NCBI GenBank assembly: GCA_964440285.1
Contig: CAYTRV010000004.1
Coordinates: 1-30,612, forward strand
Origin: an uncultured Bifidobacteriaceae bacterium
Lineage (GTDB): Bacteria > Actinomycetota > Thermoleophilia > Miltoncostaeales > Miltoncostaeaceae
DNA: 30,612 nt
Direction: 5' to 3'
The first letter of the stretch is position 1. Each line of letters opens with the position of its first letter. The notes under the pieces are model-generated. The model was not told the DNA's origin, did no database searches, and saw only the letters and a program-made list of their open reading frames with translations. Of this stretch, positions 27,278 to 30,612 are shown piece after piece. Both the position numbers and the translations under genes were made by a program.

Positions 27278-29153
27278 GCGTGGCGAAGTCGGCGATGCTC
27301 ATCGACCCGGCGTCCTCGCCATGCCGGGCGCGGACGGAGACCAGCCCGTCCTCGGCCTCCCGATCGCCGATGAGGAGGAGGTACGGGATCTTCGCGAGCT
27401 CGCCGTCACGGATGCGCTTCCCCACCGACTCGGCGCGGATATCGGTCTCCACACGGAGGCCCGCCGCCGTGAGGGCCGCACGGGCGGCCTCGGCCGCGTC
27501 GGCGTGTCGGTCGGAGATCGGCAGCACCCGCGCCTGCACCGGGGCGAGCCATACCGGGAAGTCGCCGCCGGTGTTCTCGATGAGGATGCCGAGGAACCGC
27601 TCGATCGAGCCGCTGATGGCCCGGTGGATGATGACGGGGCGCTCGTCGACGTCCGCCCGAGAGGTGTAGGTGAGGTCGAACCGCTCCGGCATGGAGAAGT
27701 CGAGCTGGCACGTGCCGATCTGCCACGAACGCCCCATGGTGTCGGTGACGTGGAAGTCGATCTTGGGGCCGTAGAAGGCGCCGTCGCCCTCCTTGATGTC
27801 GTACTCACGGTCGCCGAGCGCGTCCCGCAGGGCGGCCTCGGCGGTGTCCCACATCTCCTGCGTGCCGGAGGCCTTCTCCGGCCGCGTCGCGAGCTTCAAC
27901 GCGACGTCGTCGAACCCGAACCGGCGGTAGAACCGGTCGGTGAGGTCGAGGATCGCCTGCACCTCGTCGCGAACCTGGTCGATGCGGCAGAACACATGGG
28001 CGTCGTCCTGGGTGAAGGCGCGCACGCGGAACAGGCCGTGGAGCACGCCGGACAGCTCGTTGCGGTGGACGTGGCCGAACTCCGCCAGCCGCATCGGGAG
28101 GTCGCGGTAGCTCCGCCGGCGGCTCCGGAAGACGAGGCAGGCGCCCGGACAGTTCATGGGCTTGATCGCGAAGCCCTGCCCCTCCACCTCGGTGAAGTAC
28201 ATGCTCTCCTTGTAGTGGTCCCAGTGGCCGCTCTTGTGCCACAGGTCCTCGGAAAGCATCGTCGGGGTGCGGATCTCGTCGTAGCCCATGCGGCCCAACT
28301 CGTCGCGGACGGCCTGCTGGATCTGGTTGACGATCACCATCCCCTTGGGCAGGAAGAAGGGGAACCCGGGGCCGGCGTCGTCGAAGTGGAACAGGTCGAG
28401 GTCACGCCCGACGCGGCGGTGGTCGCGCCTGCGGGCCTCCTCCAGCCGTTCGAGGTGCGCGTCGAGCTCCGCCCTGGTGGGGAAGGCGGTGGCGTAGACG
28501 CGGGTGAGCATCGGGTTCGTCTCGCTGCCGCGCCAGTACGCCCCCGCGACCGACAGGAGCTTGACCGGGCCGATGCGCCCGGTGTCGCCTAGGTGCGGGC
28601 CGCGGCAGAGGTCCACGAACTCCCGCTGGCGATAGATCGATACCTCGGTCTCGCCCTGGCGTTCGAGCTCGTCGACCTGGTCGACCTTGTACGGCTGGTC
28701 GCGTTCGGTGAAGAACGCGCGCGCGTCTGGCATCGACATCACCGTACGGTGGAACGGCGCCTTCGACTTGACGATGCGGTTGATCTCGGCCTCGATCGCC
28801 GGGAAGTCGGCCTCGGTGAGCGGCCGCGGAAGGTCGAAGTCGTAGTAGAAGCCGTCGTCGATCGGCGGGCCGAAGCCGAACTTCGCCTCCGGGATCACCG
28901 TCGTGACCGCCTCGGCGAGGACGTGCGCCGCGGAGTGGCGCATCACTTCGAGGTAGTCGCCGCCGCTCTTCGCGGTCACGATCTCGATCGCGTCCCCGTC
29001 GGCCAGCGGCCGGGCGAGGTCACGGATCTCTGCTGCGACCTTGACGGCGACCGCGGCCTTCGCGAGGCCGGGGCCGATCGCGGCTGCGGCGTCGTGGCCG
29101 GTGGTCCCCTCGGGCAGGTCGAGGCGGCTCCCGTCGGGCAGGAGGACGTTCAT
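27255..29153 (-). CDS. thrS: Threonine--tRNA ligase
   Basis: TGS N-terminus; editing domain HSAAH and DLCRGPH; RDHRRVG, KPMNCPG, GAFYGPKID and HRAISGSIERF. Confidence 0.98.
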   Translation of the reverse strand: MNVLLPDGSRLDLPEGTTGHDAAAAIGPGLAKAAVAVKVAAEIRDLARPLADGDAIEIVTAKSGGDYLEVMRHSAAHVLAEAVTTVIPEAKFGFGPPIDDGFYYDFDLPRPLTEADFPAIEAEINRIVKSKAPFHRTVMSMPDARAFFTERDQPYKVDQVDELERQGETEVSIYRQREFVDLCRGPHLGDTGRIGPVKLLSVAGAYWRGSETNPMLTRVYATAFPTRAELDAHLERLEEARRRDHRRVGRDLDLFHFDDAGPGFPFFLPKGMVIVNQIQQAVRDELGRMGYDEIRTPTMLSEDLWHKSGHWDHYKESMYFTEVEGQGFAIKPMNCPGACLVFRSRRRSYRDLPMRLAEFGHVHRNELSGVLHGLFRVRAFTQDDAHVFCRIDQVRDEVQAILDLTDRFYRRFGFDDVALKLATRPEKASGTQEMWDTAEAALRDALGDREYDIKEGDGAFYGPKIDFHVTDTMGRSWQIGTCQLDFSMPERFDLTYTSRADVDERPVIIHRAISGSIERFLGILIENTGGDFPVWLAPVQARVLPISDRHADAAEAARAALTAAGLRVETDIRAESVGKRIRDGELAKIPYLLLIGDREAEDGLVSVRARHGEDAGSMSIADFATRVAAESA

Positions 29154-29194
29154 CGCGCGAGAGGGTAGCAGCGCCGCATGCGAGGATCGGGCGC

Positions 29195-29977
29195 GTGAGC
29201 GACGTCGAACGACCGCTTCGCAGCGGTGGGCGGTTCGCGGTGAGCGCCGCGGACGGACCTCCGGGGCGGGTGATCAAACGCGGACCGTCGGGTCCGCTTG
29301 CCCGTGAGGCGCGCGCGCTCCGACTCGTGGCGCATCTGTGGGTCGCGCCGCGGCTGCTGCGAGCCGAGCCGGGAACGATCGTGACCGACCTCCTCGACGG
29401 CGTCGAGCGCCCGCTGGACCGGCTCGCGCCGGCCGACGCCCGTGCGCTCGGACGCACCCTCCGGTCGGTCCACGAGTCGCGACGGACCGCCACCGGGTGG
29501 CTCCCCGGGTGGCGTTCCCGCGCCCGCAGCCTCGATGCGTACCGGCGGCGGCGCACCGCTGACGCCCGTTCCGCGGCCGGGAGGGATGCGGCGCTCGCGA
29601 ACCGGGTCGTGGAGACACTCCCCCCGATCCGCGACGGCGCCAGCGCGCCGCCGTTCCGCCTCCTGCACGGCGATCTGGTGTCATCGAACGTGCTCTGGAC
29701 GCCCGTGCCGCGGCTCGTGGACTGGGAGTTCTGGCGGATGGGCGACCCGGCGGAGGATCTCGCCTACCTCGCCGAGGTGAACGCGATGCCCGAGCGCGTC
29801 CTCGCGCGCGTACTCGACGCGTACGGGGATCGCACGGTGGCCGCCCGGGTCGACGGATGGCGCGCGCTCTGTGCCCTCGACGCGGGCCTCTGGTACCGCA
29901 ACGCCGGGGTGGGATCGGCCGCGCGGCGGCTGCTGGGACGGGCCCGTCAGCTCAGCGACACGTCGTCGGGGCGTTGA
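29195..29977 (+). CDS. APH/choline kinase-like phosphotransferase
   Basis: Brenner motif HGDLVSSNVL and LVDWE, plus the GDPAEDLA segment. Confidence 0.8.
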   Translation: MSDVERPLRSGGRFAVSAADGPPGRVIKRGPSGPLAREARALRLVAHLWVAPRLLRAEPGTIVTDLLDGVERPLDRLAPADARALGRTLRSVHESRRTATGWLPGWRSRARSLDAYRRRRTADARSAAGRDAALANRVVETLPPIRDGASAPPFRLLHGDLVSSNVLWTPVPRLVDWEFWRMGDPAEDLAYLAEVNAMPERVLARVLDAYGDRTVAARVDGWRALCALDAGLWYRNAGVGSAARRLLGRARQLSDTSSGR

Positions 29978-29984
29978 CCGACTC

Positions 29985-30020
29985 CGTCCCGGCAACTAAC
30001 AGTGTTAAGCGCCCGGGACG
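29985..30020. terminator. Hairpin between convergent genes (possible bidirectional terminator)
   Basis: CGTCCCGG/CCGGGACG 8-bp stem, an internal loop, then an inner TAAC/GTTA stem; no clear U tract. Confidence 0.4.
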
Positions 30021-30086
30021 AAGAGGGTCACGGCGGCTGCCGAGACGAGCCGGGGGAGAGCGGCGGTCCGTCGTCTGGGGGTTGAC

Positions 30087-30612
30087 CTACCGGGCTGTGC
30101 GGTCGGGGGGCGCGGCGACGATCGCGTAGAGGGAATGAAGGTCATCGACGCCCTTGAGGGCGTGCGGGCCGCGGCTCTCGAATGTCACGTTGGCCGAGGT
30201 ACGGGCCAGGCCGCGCACCGTCTCGGAGACCAGAACCTCACCCGGCGACGCCAGGGCTGCGACGCGGGCCGCGATGTTGACCGCCCCCCCGAACACGTTG
30301 TTGGCCTCGCGGATCACATCGCCGGCGTGAAGGCCCAGATGGAGCCCGAACGCGGTCTCGTCTGCCGCGGCGCTGACCCTGACGGCGCACTCGATCGCCT
30401 GCCGCGCCGACGTGAACACCGCCATCAGGCCGTCGCCGAGCAGCCTGCCCTCGACCGGCACCCCGCCCGTCTCGGCGATGATCGCCCGCAGCGAGCCGTC
30501 GAGCGTCCGGGCGAGGGAGCGGAAGGCCGCGTCACCGAGGCGCTCTGTGAGGCCGGTCGAATCGGCGATGTCCGCGAACATGATGGTCACCGTGCCCTCG
30601 GGCAGCCCGCCG
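30087..30612 (-). CDS. Class III adenylate/guanylate cyclase catalytic domain, 3' portion (gene starts beyond the right edge)
   Basis: The frame is open to the window edge: LPEGTVTIMFADIADST, LGDGLMAVF, GLHAGDV, AVNIAARV and GEVLVSETV. Confidence 0.88.
   Translation of the reverse strand, partial: GGLPEGTVTIMFADIADSTGLTERLGDAAFRSLARTLDGSLRAIIAETGGVPVEGRLLGDGLMAVFTSARQAIECAVRVSAAADETAFGLHLGLHAGDVIREANNVFGGAVNIAARVAALASPGEVLVSETVRGLARTSANVTFESRGPHALKGVDDLHSLYAIVAAPPDRTAR

Overview
Very GC-rich bacterial chromosomal window, probably from a deep-branching actinomycete such as Thermoleophilia. This is an inference from the actinobacterial-type serC, the Rv2578c-like radical SAM gene with a Gram-positive SOS box, many leaderless genes and the gap-pgk-tpiA-gpmI order. 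Most of it is housekeeping: argS (partial), a CPA1 antiporter, rlmH, an M48 peptidase, a cyclophilin lipoprotein, serC, gap-pgk-tpiA-gpmI, yvcK-rapZ-uvrC and thrS, plus a diguanylate cyclase, a partial class III nucleotide cyclase and Tad minor pilins. The standout is a three-gene mau-like (methylamine-dehydrogenase-maturation-like) operon at 10005-12918. It has a MauE-MauD fusion, a Tat-exported Cys-rich MauA-like protein that keeps the quinone-forming Trp but has Tyr at the cross-link Trp position, and a MauF-like membrane protein fused to a beta-propeller. That last gene really starts 81 nt upstream of the ORF call and reads through an in-frame TGA at the conserved Cys (WSP-U-G). The TGA is followed by a hairpin with E. 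coli fdhF SECIS geometry, so this is a probable selenoprotein. No mauB or mauG is in the window. Other notable items: a ~170-nt rod-shaped RNA structure (6S-like) at 4742-4912, an IscS-like protein lacking the PLP lysine coupled to tusA, a Tad pilin fused to two peptidoglycan hydrolase domains, whiA absent from its usual position (a DUF1097 gene lies there), and rapZ without a canonical start codon. All family assignments and alignments were made by eye from remembered motifs; no database searches were run.
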